A DNA stretch of 64,000 nucleotides from Candidatus Binatia bacterium (GTDB lineage: Bacteria; Desulfobacterota; Binatia; HRBIN30; BPIQ01): contig BPIQ01000001.1 of the NCBI GenBank assembly GCA_026004195.1, positions 653,871 to 717,870 of the forward strand, written 5' to 3'. Shown here piece by piece: positions 39,057 to 48,998 of this stretch (positions within the stretch are counted from its first letter, which is position 1; every line of letters begins with the position of its first letter). The notes under the pieces are model-generated. The model saw only the letters and a list, made by a program, of their open reading frames with translations. It was not told the origin of the DNA and ran no database searches. The position numbers and the translations under genes were made by a program.

Positions 39057-39422
39057 TCAACGAGAACGGGCTTCGAGCACCGTGAGAGCGCTCATCCCGT
39101 GCTTCGTATGCTTTTCGCCCTTGACGACGGCGTTCTCGCCCGCGAGTTTTTTCGCTTCCTCGTACGGCTCGGAGTTCGCGTGGTCGTCGATGAGGAGATA
39201 GAGTTCGCCGTTTTCCGTGAGAAGCCCGATCGGTTTACCCCCTTTGGCGCACATCTTCGCGCAGCTCGCGTGTCCGGCACCCCTCTTACCGTGGCCGAGA
39301 TAACAGGCGAGGTCGACGATTTCCCCTTCGACGGTGACCGGCTCCGCGAAGACCCTGCCGGTCCAGAAAAACACGAGGCCCGACACGAGAGAAAGGAGAA
39401 CCGCCTGTCGGAACGTTCTCAT
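39057..39422 (-). CDS. small secreted Cys/His-containing hypothetical protein
   Basis: Internal ATG gives signal peptide MRTFRQAVLLSLVSGLVFFWTGRVFA. The mature ~95 aa carries CYLGHG...HASCAKMCAKGG. Confidence 0.45.
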   Translation of the reverse strand: MRTFRQAVLLSLVSGLVFFWTGRVFAEPVTVEGEIVDLACYLGHGKRGAGHASCAKMCAKGGKPIGLLTENGELYLLIDDHANSEPYEEAKKLAGENAVVKGEKHTKHGMSALTVLEARSR

Positions 39423-39473
39423 ACCCACCGCTCCCTTGGACAACGATGCCGGGCCCTAGTAAACTCTCCCAAC

Positions 39474-40679
39474 GTGGCCTTGTCAATCGGAGAGGGCGCA
39501 AGCGGCGCGGGAGTGTCCGCGAAGCTCCCGTTCGCCGTGCTCTCCCGCGCGGAGGGGGTCTCGCACGGAAACGAATCGGCGGAAGAGACCGGCGGCTACA
39601 CGTTCCGGGAACAGGCCTTTTTCGTCTACGGGACGGGGCTCGCCATCGGACTCCACCTGGCCCTCGTCCATGTCTTCATCTTCCGAACGTGGGCCGTCCT
39701 CCCGATCACGATCGCGGCCACGTTTCTCTTCTCGAGCGCCACGCTCGGCCTCTGGCGGTGGGTTTTCCCCCGTCTCGCTCACCTCCCGTCGCGCCCGCGC
39801 CTTCTCGCGCAGGCGGGCATTTCCGTGGGCGTTTTCGCGGTGACTTCCGTCCTCGTGACCGAGGGGAACGCGGCGCTCACCGCCGCCCGCTCCCTCTTCC
39901 AGCCCTACACGGGAGGGGACCGCGTGGTGACCATCCCGTCGTACATGATCCGCTGGGCCCCGCTCGTCTACACGCTCATCCCGATCGCGCCGACGGCCAT
40001 CATGTGCGTCATCGGCTTCAACCATCACTGGTGGCGCATTTTCCGTCTCGAGGGGCGGCAGAGAGAACTCCAGGCCTGGGCCACCTCGGCCCAGCTCGCG
40101 GCCCTGCGCGCGCAGATGAACCCGCACTTTTTCTTCAACTCGCTCAACTCGATCGCACAGTTGATCTCCTCGGACCCCCGCCAGGCGGAGCGGTGCGTGG
40201 AGCAGCTCGCCGAGGTCTACCGCTACCTCCTTCGCCGCTCGGACAAGGACTTCGTGCCCCTGACGGACGAACTCAAGGTCACGCAGGCTTACCTCGAAAT
40301 CGAGCGGGCCCGGTTCGGCGACGAACTCCGGGTCCAGTGGCACGTCGATCCGGGTGCCGGCGAGACGAGCGTCCCCGCCTTCGTGCTGCAGCCGCTCGTC
40401 GAAAACGCCGTGCGGCACGGGGTGTCGGGAAAACTCGGCGGTGGGGTCGTGCGCGTCGAAGCCCTGCTCCGCAACGGCGACCTCGAGCTCCGAGTGTCGG
40501 ACACCGGCGCAGGGATCGCCGACTCGTCGTCCGTTTTCGAAAGCGGCGTGGCCCTGCGGAACATCCGCGAGCGGCTCGTGAACCTCTACGGCCCGGCGTA
40601 CGCCCCCGAAGTCCGGAGTCGGCCCGGAGAGGGCACCTCCGTGCGCATCCGAATCCCCGTGACGGAGACGCGGTCGTGA
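39474..40679 (+). CDS. sensor histidine kinase, LytS/YehU family
   Basis: Polytopic N-terminal membrane region, then NPHFFFNSLNSI (His_kinase PF06580) and HATPase_c (VENAVRHG...DTGAGI). GTG start chosen downstream of the opposite-strand gene. Start is uncertain. Confidence 0.75.
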   Translation: MALSIGEGASGAGVSAKLPFAVLSRAEGVSHGNESAEETGGYTFREQAFFVYGTGLAIGLHLALVHVFIFRTWAVLPITIAATFLFSSATLGLWRWVFPRLAHLPSRPRLLAQAGISVGVFAVTSVLVTEGNAALTAARSLFQPYTGGDRVVTIPSYMIRWAPLVYTLIPIAPTAIMCVIGFNHHWWRIFRLEGRQRELQAWATSAQLAALRAQMNPHFFFNSLNSIAQLISSDPRQAERCVEQLAEVYRYLLRRSDKDFVPLTDELKVTQAYLEIERARFGDELRVQWHVDPGAGETSVPAFVLQPLVENAVRHGVSGKLGGGVVRVEALLRNGDLELRVSDTGAGIADSSSVFESGVALRNIRERLVNLYGPAYAPEVRSRPGEGTSVRIRIPVTETRS

Positions 40680-41425
40680 TCCGCGCTGTCGTGGTCGACG
40701 ACGAAAAGCTCGCCCGGGACCGTCTCGTCGGCTTTCTCCGGGAAGCCGGCGACGTGGCCATCGAAGGCGAGGCGAGAAACGGGCCCGAAGCGCTACGGTT
40801 GATCGAGGAGAAGGACCCGGACCTCGTGCTTCTCGACGTGCAGATGCCGGGCATGAACGGGTTCGAAGTCCTGCGCCGGCTCCAGAAGCGTCCGCACGTC
40901 GTCTTCGCCACGGCGTACGACGAGTACGCGCTCCGGGCCTTCGAGGTGGAAGCGGTCGACTACCTCCTCAAGCCGGTCTCGCGAGACCGGCTTCTCGAGG
41001 CACTCCGGCGCGTACGGGCGAGGCTCGAATCCCATGCGCCGCCGCCCGACTTCGCCGCGCTCGTGCGGAGGTTCGAAGCCTCTCGCCCCCGCTACCTCGA
41101 ACGCATCCCCGTACATCGCGGCAGGCAGATCCTGCTCCTGCCGGTCGAGACCGTTTTCTGGTTCGCCGTCGAGTTCCGGCTCGTCTACGCGCACACGGCG
41201 ACGGACCGCTACATGACGAACTTCACGCTACGGGAACTCGAAGAGAAGCTCGACCCGGACGTTTTCTTCCGGGCACACAAATCCAGGCTCGTGAACCTCG
41301 AGCAGGTGCGCGCCATTCGACGATCGCTGGGCCGCTACCGACTCGTCATGAAGGACGAGAAAGCCACGGAGCTCGAGCTCAGCCGGACCCAGGCCCGGGT
41401 GCTCCGCGCCCGGCTCGGCTGGTAG
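40676..41425 (+). CDS. LytTR-family response regulator
   Basis: REC domain (VVVDDEKLARD...DLVLLDVQMPGMNGFEV) plus LytTR DNA-binding domain. Its GTG overlaps the kinase stop (GTGA). Confidence 0.8.
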   Translation: MIRAVVVDDEKLARDRLVGFLREAGDVAIEGEARNGPEALRLIEEKDPDLVLLDVQMPGMNGFEVLRRLQKRPHVVFATAYDEYALRAFEVEAVDYLLKPVSRDRLLEALRRVRARLESHAPPPDFAALVRRFEASRPRYLERIPVHRGRQILLLPVETVFWFAVEFRLVYAHTATDRYMTNFTLRELEEKLDPDVFFRAHKSRLVNLEQVRAIRRSLGRYRLVMKDEKATELELSRTQARVLRARLGW

Positions 41426-41428
41426 CCG

Positions 41429-42307
41429 TCAATTTCCCGCGCGCGGCACCCGCGCCGGACGAAAAAGGACCTTGTTGTCCTTCACGACGAGCTGCCCGTT
41501 GAGATAGAGCTGCACCGCTTGCGACAGCACCTTGCCCTCGAGGGCCTTGCCCCGGCTTTTCACGTCTTCGAGGGTGTCCTCGCCGACGCGGATGGGGAAG
41601 ACGTCCTGCAGGATGATGGGCCCCTGGTCGAGCTGCTCGGTCACGAAGTGGGCCGTGCACCCCGAAACGCGCACGCCTTCCTCGAAAGCCTGCCGGTAGG
41701 CGTTCGCTCCCGGATGGTAGGGAAGCAAGGAGGGATGGATGTTGATGATCCGGTTCGGGTATCTGCCGACGAACTCGGGGCTCAGAATCTGCATGTAACG
41801 GGCCAGAACGACGAGGTCGACCCGGTACTCGGAGAGTTTCTCGAGGAGAAAGGCCTCGTGGGCACGTTTGTCCGTCGAGGGGTGCCAGAAGAAGGGAATT
41901 CCCGCCTTCTCGGCCACGGGGCGCAAGACCTCGTGGTTGGACAGCACGACCACGAGCTCGCCGTTGATCCGACCCGCGTCCCGATCGGCGACGAGGGCCT
42001 CGAGACAGTGCGGCTCTTTCGTCACGAGGATGCCCACCCTCTGCCGCTGTTGTTCGCCGTAGAGATGCGTCGTCACCTCCATGTGGATCTCGTCTCCGAT
42101 CTTCCGGAGTCCGAGCACGAGCTCGTCGAGGCTCACGGAAAGTTCGGTCACGTCGACCACCATCGTCATCACGAAAAGACCCTCGACGACCTTCTGTTCG
42201 ACTTCCTCGATGTTGCAGTTGCACCGCGCGAGAAACGTGGAAATTCGGGCGACGACGCCCTTTTGATCCCGCCCGACGACCGACACCACGGCCCGGTTTT
42301 TTTTCAT
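41429..42307 (-). CDS. purU: formyltetrahydrofolate deformylase
   Basis: ACT domain (VVSVVGRDQKGVVARIS) plus formyltransferase domain (HPSLLPYHPGANAY). ATG chosen at MKKNRAVV. Start is ±1 nt. Confidence 0.85.
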   Translation of the reverse strand: MKKNRAVVSVVGRDQKGVVARISTFLARCNCNIEEVEQKVVEGLFVMTMVVDVTELSVSLDELVLGLRKIGDEIHMEVTTHLYGEQQRQRVGILVTKEPHCLEALVADRDAGRINGELVVVLSNHEVLRPVAEKAGIPFFWHPSTDKRAHEAFLLEKLSEYRVDLVVLARYMQILSPEFVGRYPNRIINIHPSLLPYHPGANAYRQAFEEGVRVSGCTAHFVTEQLDQGPIILQDVFPIRVGEDTLEDVKSRGKALEGKVLSQAVQLYLNGQLVVKDNKVLFRPARVPRAGN

Positions 42308-42386
42308 CGAAAATGCGGATAACTTGACGCCGCGGGCGTTGCAACGCCCCACGTGCCTCGAGAAGGCGGAACGGAGGAAGGACGAC

Positions 42387-42920
42387 GTGAGCTGGAACGT
42401 CCTCGTCACGAGCCAGGAGGGAGCGGGAGCCGACCTCCTGCGGGAGCTCCGGGCTCTCGGACATTTTCGCTGGAGTCCCTACCGGAACGTTCTCTTCGGC
42501 ACGGTGGAGGACCCGGAAGCCTTCTTGCAGCGGCTCGAGGAACTCCGGGAACGAAAGCCTTTCGTCGGGTCCTGGCTCGGCAAAGCCATCCCGGTCGAGG
42601 AAGTGTTCCCGATCGAACCCGCCACCCTTCTCGACGAGTTGCGGCGACGGCTCGAGCCGCGGCTTCCCCGACTGGCCGGCCGTTCCTTCCACGTACGGGT
42701 CGACCGCCGGGGACACAAGGGCTCGATCCACACCCATCGGCTCGAGCAAGAGCTCGGGGCTTACGTCGTCGAGGAGCTCGCGAGGCGAGGGACACCCGCG
42801 AGCGTTCGCTTCCGCGACCCGGACTGGGTCGTCCTGGTCGAAATCGTCGGAGACGAGGCGGGACTCGCCCTCGTTTCCCGCGAAACGCGGGAACGCCACC
42901 CCGTGGTCCGGGTGGACTGA
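42387..42920 (+). CDS. THUMP-domain protein (putative RNA-modification accessory)
   Basis: WNVLVTSQEG...FHVRVDRRGHKGSIHTHRLEQELGAYV...DWVVLVEIVGDEAGLAL, a THUMP-like fold. The ORF table starts at TTG 42324; I used the internal GTG. Start is uncertain. Confidence 0.5.
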   Translation: MSWNVLVTSQEGAGADLLRELRALGHFRWSPYRNVLFGTVEDPEAFLQRLEELRERKPFVGSWLGKAIPVEEVFPIEPATLLDELRRRLEPRLPRLAGRSFHVRVDRRGHKGSIHTHRLEQELGAYVVEELARRGTPASVRFRDPDWVVLVEIVGDEAGLALVSRETRERHPVVRVD

Positions 42921-42932
42921 ACGGGCGACCCC

Positions 42933-44747
42933 CTAGGACGAAGGCGGTTCGCCTACGGGAACCTTCAGGCGCTGGCCCGAATAGATCCTGCTATCCCGTA
43001 GCCCGTTGGCCTCTTGCAAGGCACGAACCGTCGTTCCGTAGCGCCTGGCAATGACGAACAGCGTCTGTCCCGGCTCCACGCGGTGGAGAACGTAACGGGC
43101 GCGGCGTCGGGCTCGCGCCGAAGACTTCGCGGGAATTCGCAGGATTTCCCCGGCCAGGATTCGGCTTCCCCGGATCCCGTTCGCCCGCCGGAGTGCGTCC
43201 ACGGACGTGCCGTGACGGCGAGCGATTTCGTGGAGCGTGTCCCCCGGCCGAACGCGGTAGACGGAGTGCCCGCCCCGCGCCGAACCGCGGGACCGGGCGA
43301 CCGAAGAGGACCCGCGTGCCCCGACGGGAAGCGGGCGATTTCCGGAAGGAATCCGCAGCGCTTGTCCGACGAGAATCGTACTGCCTCGAAGGCCGTTGGC
43401 GCGACGTACGGCCTCCACGGACGTGCCGTAACGCCGGGCGATCCCCAGGAGAGTGTCGCCGCGCCGAACGCGATGGACGAAATAGAGCCTTTTCTGGGCC
43501 GCGAACCGTTCGTTCGCGGGGAGCCGAGCGTATCGAATTCGGAACGAGTCCCGGTCGAGCCCCGGCGGGAGCCGCAGCAGGTAGCCGCGCGGCACGTGGA
43601 GCTTCCCTCGACGCACCTCGGACGTGAGCGCGGGATTCCACTCCGCGAGTTCGTCGGGGTGGACCCCCAGGACCCGGGCGAGGCTCCGGAAGGGAACGTA
43701 GTCCGGTACGACCACCTCCTCGGTCTCCAGAGGGGCGAGCGGAGAAAGAGGTCCGAAGTACCTCTCGGGCTCGGCGTCCACCTCGATGGCGGCCAGCACC
43801 TCCGCGTAGAAGTTCCGCGAGGCGAAACCGAACGTGGGGGAGCGGTATTCCCGAAGGATTCGCTCGATGTCGCGCGTCCCGAGTCGCTCCACGGCCCGTG
43901 CCATGCCCTGGGGGCCGTGGTTGTAGGCCGTGACGGCGAGCGGCCAGGTACCCAGGAGCTCGTAGTTCCTACGCAAAAAACGCGCCGCGGCGTCGGCGGC
44001 ACGCAACGGGTCGAACCGCTCGTCCACGGCTTCGTCGATACGCAGGAAAAGCCGGCCGGTGGAACGGAGGAACTGCCAGACGCCGGCCGCTCCCGCGCTC
44101 GACCGCGCGCGGAGGTCGAAACTCGACTCGACGAGCGCCAGCCGGGAAAGCTCGGGCGGCACGCCGTGCCTCCGGAACGCCTCCTCGATGGCCGGGAAAT
44201 AACGGCGCGAAACTTCGAGCCCCCGGGCGAAACGCTCGCCGATTCCCCGCTGCGACCGAACACGAGCCGCAGCCTCCCGAATTTCCGCACGGCTCGCACC
44301 CTCGAAAACGTCCCGCAGCCGCTCCTCTTCCGGAGTGAGGTGCTGCGACGTGCCGTGTTTGTGGGCCAGACGCCGGAGCACTCCCGCCAATCGTTCCCGC
44401 TCGCGCTCCACGCCCGACCGAATTTCCCGCTCGATCGCCCCTTCGTCGAGCCCCGCGCGCCGCAGGTGGCCGAAATCGAGTACCGCGTAGACGCGGTCGG
44501 GATCCTCGGGGTCGTGGAGTAGCACCCGGTCCCGCGAAGTCGTGAAGACCTTCTTCCAGAACTCCACCTGTCGGGCCACCGTGGGCGGCACCGGGAGTTC
44601 CTCGGCCCGGACGGCTCTCGCACCGGCGTGGTAGAGCGAGATCGCCCCCCAGAGGGAAAACAGCAGCACCGCGGGCTTTCCGGCGATGCCCGAGACCCGG
44701 TCGCGCATTTCGACAGCCACCTCCGCCACCACGATTCCGAAAAACAC
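42933..44747 (-). CDS. mltD: membrane-bound lytic murein transglycosylase D-like (SLT domain + 3 LysM)
   Basis: SLT catalytic region (ESSFDLRARSSAGAAGVWQF), then three LysM repeats (YRVRPGDTLHEIARRHG..., YVLHRVEPGQTLFVIARRYG...). Confidence 0.85.
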   Translation of the reverse strand: MFFGIVVAEVAVEMRDRVSGIAGKPAVLLFSLWGAISLYHAGARAVRAEELPVPPTVARQVEFWKKVFTTSRDRVLLHDPEDPDRVYAVLDFGHLRRAGLDEGAIEREIRSGVERERERLAGVLRRLAHKHGTSQHLTPEEERLRDVFEGASRAEIREAAARVRSQRGIGERFARGLEVSRRYFPAIEEAFRRHGVPPELSRLALVESSFDLRARSSAGAAGVWQFLRSTGRLFLRIDEAVDERFDPLRAADAAARFLRRNYELLGTWPLAVTAYNHGPQGMARAVERLGTRDIERILREYRSPTFGFASRNFYAEVLAAIEVDAEPERYFGPLSPLAPLETEEVVVPDYVPFRSLARVLGVHPDELAEWNPALTSEVRRGKLHVPRGYLLRLPPGLDRDSFRIRYARLPANERFAAQKRLYFVHRVRRGDTLLGIARRYGTSVEAVRRANGLRGSTILVGQALRIPSGNRPLPVGARGSSSVARSRGSARGGHSVYRVRPGDTLHEIARRHGTSVDALRRANGIRGSRILAGEILRIPAKSSARARRRARYVLHRVEPGQTLFVIARRYGTTVRALQEANGLRDSRIYSGQRLKVPVGEPPSS

Positions 44748-44833
44748 AAAAAATCCTACTCGGCCGCGGCCGGGCGGTCAACGGAAGAGATCCGAGGTGG
44801 ACTTGCCCCGGGCTCCTTGCTAAGCGAGTTCGC

Positions 44834-45646
44834 ATGGCGGGTCGCTTCGAGGGCCGCGTGGCCGTGGTCACCGGAGCCGCTTCCGGAATCGGGGCCGCGA
44901 CGGCGAAACGCTTCGCGGAGGAAGGCGCACGCTTGTGTCTCGCCGACATCGCGCGGGAAAAAGGAGAAGCCTTGGCCCGTGCCCTGGAACGAACGGGCGC
45001 CGAGGTGCTCTTCGTCCCGACCGACGTCCGGGACCGGGAGGCCGTCGAGTCGCTCATGCAAGCGGCCGTCGATCGCTTCGGGCGACTCGACGTCGTTTTC
45101 AACAATGCCGGCATCGGTGCCTACGGAAAGACACCCGACCTCGACCCCGAGCTCTGGCACGAGGTGCTCGCCGTCGACCTCCACTCGGTCTTCTACGGAT
45201 GCCGCGCCGCGATCCCTCACATGCGAAAGCAGGGAAAGGGCTCGATCGTCAACACAGCGTCGATTTCGGGTCTTTTCGGCGACTACGGGCTCTGCGCTTA
45301 CAACGCCGCGAAAGCGGCCGTCGTGAACTACACGCGAACGGTAGCGATCGACCACGCAAGGGAAAACATCCGCGTGAACTGCGTGTGCCCGGGGCCCATC
45401 GAAACCGCACTGCTCGAACCTCTCCTCTCCTTGCCGCGGGCCCGCGAGGAATACGAGGACCGGGTTCCCCTGGGGCGCCTCGGGCGAGCCGAAGAGGTGG
45501 CCGCGGCCGTCGCCTTCCTCGCCTCCGACGACGCTTCCTACATCACGGGTGCGGCGTTGGTCGTCGACGGCGGTATCACGGCGGCCACGGGGCAGCCCAG
45601 CATCACCCGGCTGCTCGGCCTCGACCGAGAGACGGGCGGCGCATGA
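44834..45646 (+). CDS. SDR-family oxidoreductase
   Basis: MAGRFEGRVAVVTGAASGIG...NAGI...YNAAKAAV. Confidence 0.85.
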   Translation: MAGRFEGRVAVVTGAASGIGAATAKRFAEEGARLCLADIAREKGEALARALERTGAEVLFVPTDVRDREAVESLMQAAVDRFGRLDVVFNNAGIGAYGKTPDLDPELWHEVLAVDLHSVFYGCRAAIPHMRKQGKGSIVNTASISGLFGDYGLCAYNAAKAAVVNYTRTVAIDHARENIRVNCVCPGPIETALLEPLLSLPRAREEYEDRVPLGRLGRAEEVAAAVAFLASDDASYITGAALVVDGGITAATGQPSITRLLGLDRETGGA

Positions 45647-46749
45647 ACTTCGATTTTTCCGAGGACCAGAAGCTTCTGCAGAAGACGGCCCGGGAGTACC
45701 TCGAGAAACACTGTCCGGTCGCGACCGCTCGTGCCGTCCTCGAGGGAGGCGAACCTTTCGCCCGCCGCCTCTGGGCGGAAATCGGCGAGCTCGGCTGGCT
45801 CGCGACGGCGGTGCCCACGTCTTTCGGTGGCGCGGGTTTCGGGGCCCTCGAGCTCTGCCTTCTCGCTTACGAACTCGGCCGGGCTCTGGCCCCGGTTCCC
45901 TTTTCTTCCACGGCCTATCTGGCCATCGAGGCTCTTCTGGTAGCCGGGTCGGAAGAGCAGAAGGCGCGTTTTCTCCCGGAACTCGCTACCGGCACGAAGA
46001 TCGGCACCCTGGCTTTCGTGGAAACTCCGGGCCGAACTCCGTTCCGAAACCTCGAGACGCGAGTCGAACACGGGAGGCTCCACGGCAAAAAGCTCGTCGT
46101 ACCCGATGCCGTGGCCGCCGACCTGGCGGTCGTCGTGGCGCGAGAGGGGGACCGAACCGTTCTGGCCGTGGCGGAATTGGCCTCCGACCGGGTGCGCCGC
46201 GTGCCCCTGGCCTCGATCGATCCGTCGCGTCCCGTGGGTTCGCTCGAATTCCGGGGGGCCAGCTGCGAGGTCCTGGCCGAATCCGGGGAGGACGTCGTCG
46301 CCCACGTCTTCGACCGTGCGGCGGCGCTCTTCGCGTTCGAGCAACTGGGCGGGGCCGAGCGAGCCTTCGCGTCGACACGCGAATACTGCCTCGAGCGTTA
46401 CGCCTTCGGACGGCCCGTCGCCTCCTTCCAGGCCATCAAGCACCGGTTCGCGGACCTGTTCGTGGGGCTCGAGCTCGCCCGCTCGAACGCTTACTACGCG
46501 GCCTGGGCGCTCGCCGAAGCTCCCGAAGAGCTGCGGTTCGCCGCGCCCAACGCGCGGATCGCGGCCAGCGAGGTGTTCGAGCTCGCCTCCACCGAAATGA
46601 TCCAGCTCCACGGCGGCGTAGGGTTCACCTGGGAGTACGACTGCCACCTCTTCTACCGCCGCGCCAAGGCGCTCGGGCTCGTTCTGGGGAGCCCGAGGTT
46701 CTGGAAGGACTTGCTCGTTCGCCGACTCGCCGGCCCGGCGGATTCGTGA
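45643..46749 (+). CDS. acyl-CoA dehydrogenase-family protein
   Basis: Its ATG overlaps the SDR stop (ATGA). MNFDFSEDQKLLQKTAREYL... with ACAD C-terminal GGVGFTWEYDCHLFYRRAK. Confidence 0.8.
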   Translation: MNFDFSEDQKLLQKTAREYLEKHCPVATARAVLEGGEPFARRLWAEIGELGWLATAVPTSFGGAGFGALELCLLAYELGRALAPVPFSSTAYLAIEALLVAGSEEQKARFLPELATGTKIGTLAFVETPGRTPFRNLETRVEHGRLHGKKLVVPDAVAADLAVVVAREGDRTVLAVAELASDRVRRVPLASIDPSRPVGSLEFRGASCEVLAESGEDVVAHVFDRAAALFAFEQLGGAERAFASTREYCLERYAFGRPVASFQAIKHRFADLFVGLELARSNAYYAAWALAEAPEELRFAAPNARIAASEVFELASTEMIQLHGGVGFTWEYDCHLFYRRAKALGLVLGSPRFWKDLLVRRLAGPADS

Positions 46750-46761
46750 GAGGGAGCGACC

Positions 46762-47998
46762 ATGGACTTTCGTGACACGCCGGAAGAGGCGGCTTTTCGG
46801 GCCGAAGCACGGGCCTGGCTCGAGAAAAACGCCCGAGCGCTGCGGCCGGGGGCACGTCGTGCCGCCACGCAGAGCCGAGCCGACGCCGACACCGTCCGCC
46901 GCGCGAAGGAGTGGCAGGCCAGAAAGGCCGCCGCCGGCTGGGCGTGCCTCACGTGGCCGCGGGAATACGGCGGCCGGAGCCTGCCACCGATCTACTCCGT
47001 GATCTGGAACCAGGAAGAAAGCCGCTTCGACACCCCGCCGAACCTCTTCGCGATCGGACAGGGCATGCTCGGCCCCACGATCATGGCGCACGGGACCGAG
47101 GAGCAGAAAAAGCGCTACCTGCCGCCCATGCTCCGCGGAGAGGAAATCTGGTGCCAGCTCTTCAGCGAACCGGGAGCAGGGTCGGACCTCGCGGCTCTGC
47201 GAACGTCCGCAGTTCGCGACGGGGACCACTGGGTGCTCAACGGGCAAAAAACCTGGACCAGCGGCGCGCACTACTCGAAGTGGGGCATGATCCTCACGAG
47301 AACCGACCCCGACGCACCCAAGCACGAGGGGATCACGTACTTCATCGTCGACATGGAATCGCCGGGGATCGAAATCCGGCCCATCCGGCAGATGAACGGC
47401 GAAGCCAACTTCAACGAGGTGTTCTTCACGGACGTCAGGGTCCCCGACTCCAACCGGGTCGGCGAGGTGAACGGCGGCTGGAAAGCGGCGCTCACGACCC
47501 TCATGAACGAGCGGGCCGCCCTCGGGAGCGGCTTTGCGGGACCCACGTTCGAAGACCTTCTCGAGCTCTGCCGCACGACCCTGGTGGACGGCCGTCCTGC
47601 CTGGGAGGACGCGAGCGTCCGCGTACGGCTGGCCGACTTCTACGTGCGGTGGAAGGGGCTCCAATACACGAACTATCGACTCCTGACGGCGCTCTCGCGC
47701 GGGACGACACCGGGCCCCGAGGCGTCGATCGGAAAGCTGGTAGCAGCCAGACTCCGGCAAGAAATGGCGAGTTTCGCCGCGGATCTGCAGGAAGCCGCGA
47801 GGCGTGCTTCTCGGGGCCGAGTCGCCGGCGGAAGGAATCTGGCAGCAGTCCTTCCTCGGGGCTCCCGGACTCCGGTTGGCCGGGGGCACCGACGAGATTC
47901 TGCGCAACATCATCGCGGAGCGGGTGCTCGGCCTTCCCGCGGAAATTCGCGTGGACAAGGGCATCCCCTTCCGGCAGCTACCGCGAGGGCGCGCCTGA
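46762..47998 (+). pseudogene. acyl-CoA dehydrogenase with internal +1 frameshift (or sequencing error)
   Basis: Frame 1 (46762..) encodes an ACAD through ...EMASFAADLQ, then degenerates to a Gly/Arg-rich tail. The conserved ACAD C-terminus ...GAPGLRLAGGTDEILRNIIAERVLGLP is found in the +1 frame (ORF 47804..47998), with no stop between. The shift point is near 47790-47805. Confidence 0.7.
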
Positions 47999-48155
47999 AC
48001 GCCGCCGGCGAACGACCTCGGTACCGCGCGGACGCGCGGCAGAAACTTGACAAGGTCCCGGGGGCACGTTAGCGTCACGAGCCGAAGCGGTGCTCCTTCG
48101 GCGAAGAACGAGGCACCGGGTTGCAGCGACTCGCTCGCCGAGCGGGAGGCGGCAC

Positions 48156-48998
48156 ATGTCGAACACGCTGAAGACGACGTTCCTTCTCGGTCTGCTCACG
48201 GGTGTGATCCTGGCCATCGGCCAGTTTTTCGGTGGCACGAGCGGACTCGTCGTCGCTTTCGTTTTCGCCGCGGTGACGAACCTCGGGAGTTACTGGTTCT
48301 CCGATCGAATCGTGCTCTCGATGTACGGGGCCCGTCCGGTCACACCCGACCAGGCGCCCGAACTCCATGCTACGGTGCGAGAACTTTGCACCCAGGCCCG
48401 GCTTCCGCTACCGCGGCTCTACGTCATCGAATCGCCTTCCCCGAATGCGTTCGCGACCGGAAGAAACCCCCGGCACGCGGCCGTGGCCGTCACGACGGGG
48501 CTTCTTCGAATCCTCGACGAGCGAGAGCTTCGAGGCGTTCTCGCCCACGAGCTCGCGCACGTGCGAAACCGGGACATCCTCACTTGCTCGATCGCGGCCA
48601 CGCTGGCCGGGGCCATCATGATGCTCGCCAACATGGCTCAGTGGGCCGCCTTCTTCGGCGGGATGCACAGGGATCGAGACAACGGGGGCAACGTGATCGC
48701 GCTGGTGCTCACGGCCGTGCTCGCACCGATCGCGGCCCTTCTGATCCAGGCGGCGATTTCTCGAGCCCGCGAGTTCCAGGCCGACGCGACGGGCGCGCGG
48801 ATTTCCGGAGACCCTCTGGCCCTGGCATCGGCCCTCGAACGTCTCGGGCAAGCCAGCCGGCGTCTGCCCCTGGACGCCCATCCCTACACGGCTCATCTCT
48901 TCATCGTGAATCCTCTCGAGGGTAACCGTCTGGCCGGCCTCTTCTCCACGCATCCCCCGCTGGAAGAGCGGATTGCCCGGCTCAGACGCATGGCCTGA
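48156..48998 (+). CDS. htpX: zinc metalloprotease HtpX (M48)
   Basis: ATG after [16 protein letters not shown] zinc motif with four membrane helices. Confidence 0.9.
   Translation: MSNTLKTTFLLGLLTGVILAIGQFFGGTSGLVVAFVFAAVTNLGSYWFSDRIVLSMYGARPVTPDQAPELHATVRELCTQARLPLPRLYVIESPSPNAFATGRNPRHAAVAVTTGLLRILDERELRGVLAHELAHVRNRDILTCSIAATLAGAIMMLANMAQWAAFFGGMHRDRDNGGNVIALVLTAVLAPIAALLIQAAISRAREFQADATGARISGDPLALASALERLGQASRRLPLDAHPYTAHLFIVNPLEGNRLAGLFSTHPPLEERIARLRRMA

Noticed and set aside
42324-42409. TTG start of the THUMP-domain ORF, 17 bp from the divergent purU start
   Set aside because: The TTG start leaves almost no promoter space. The internal GTG (42387) is preferred but unproven.
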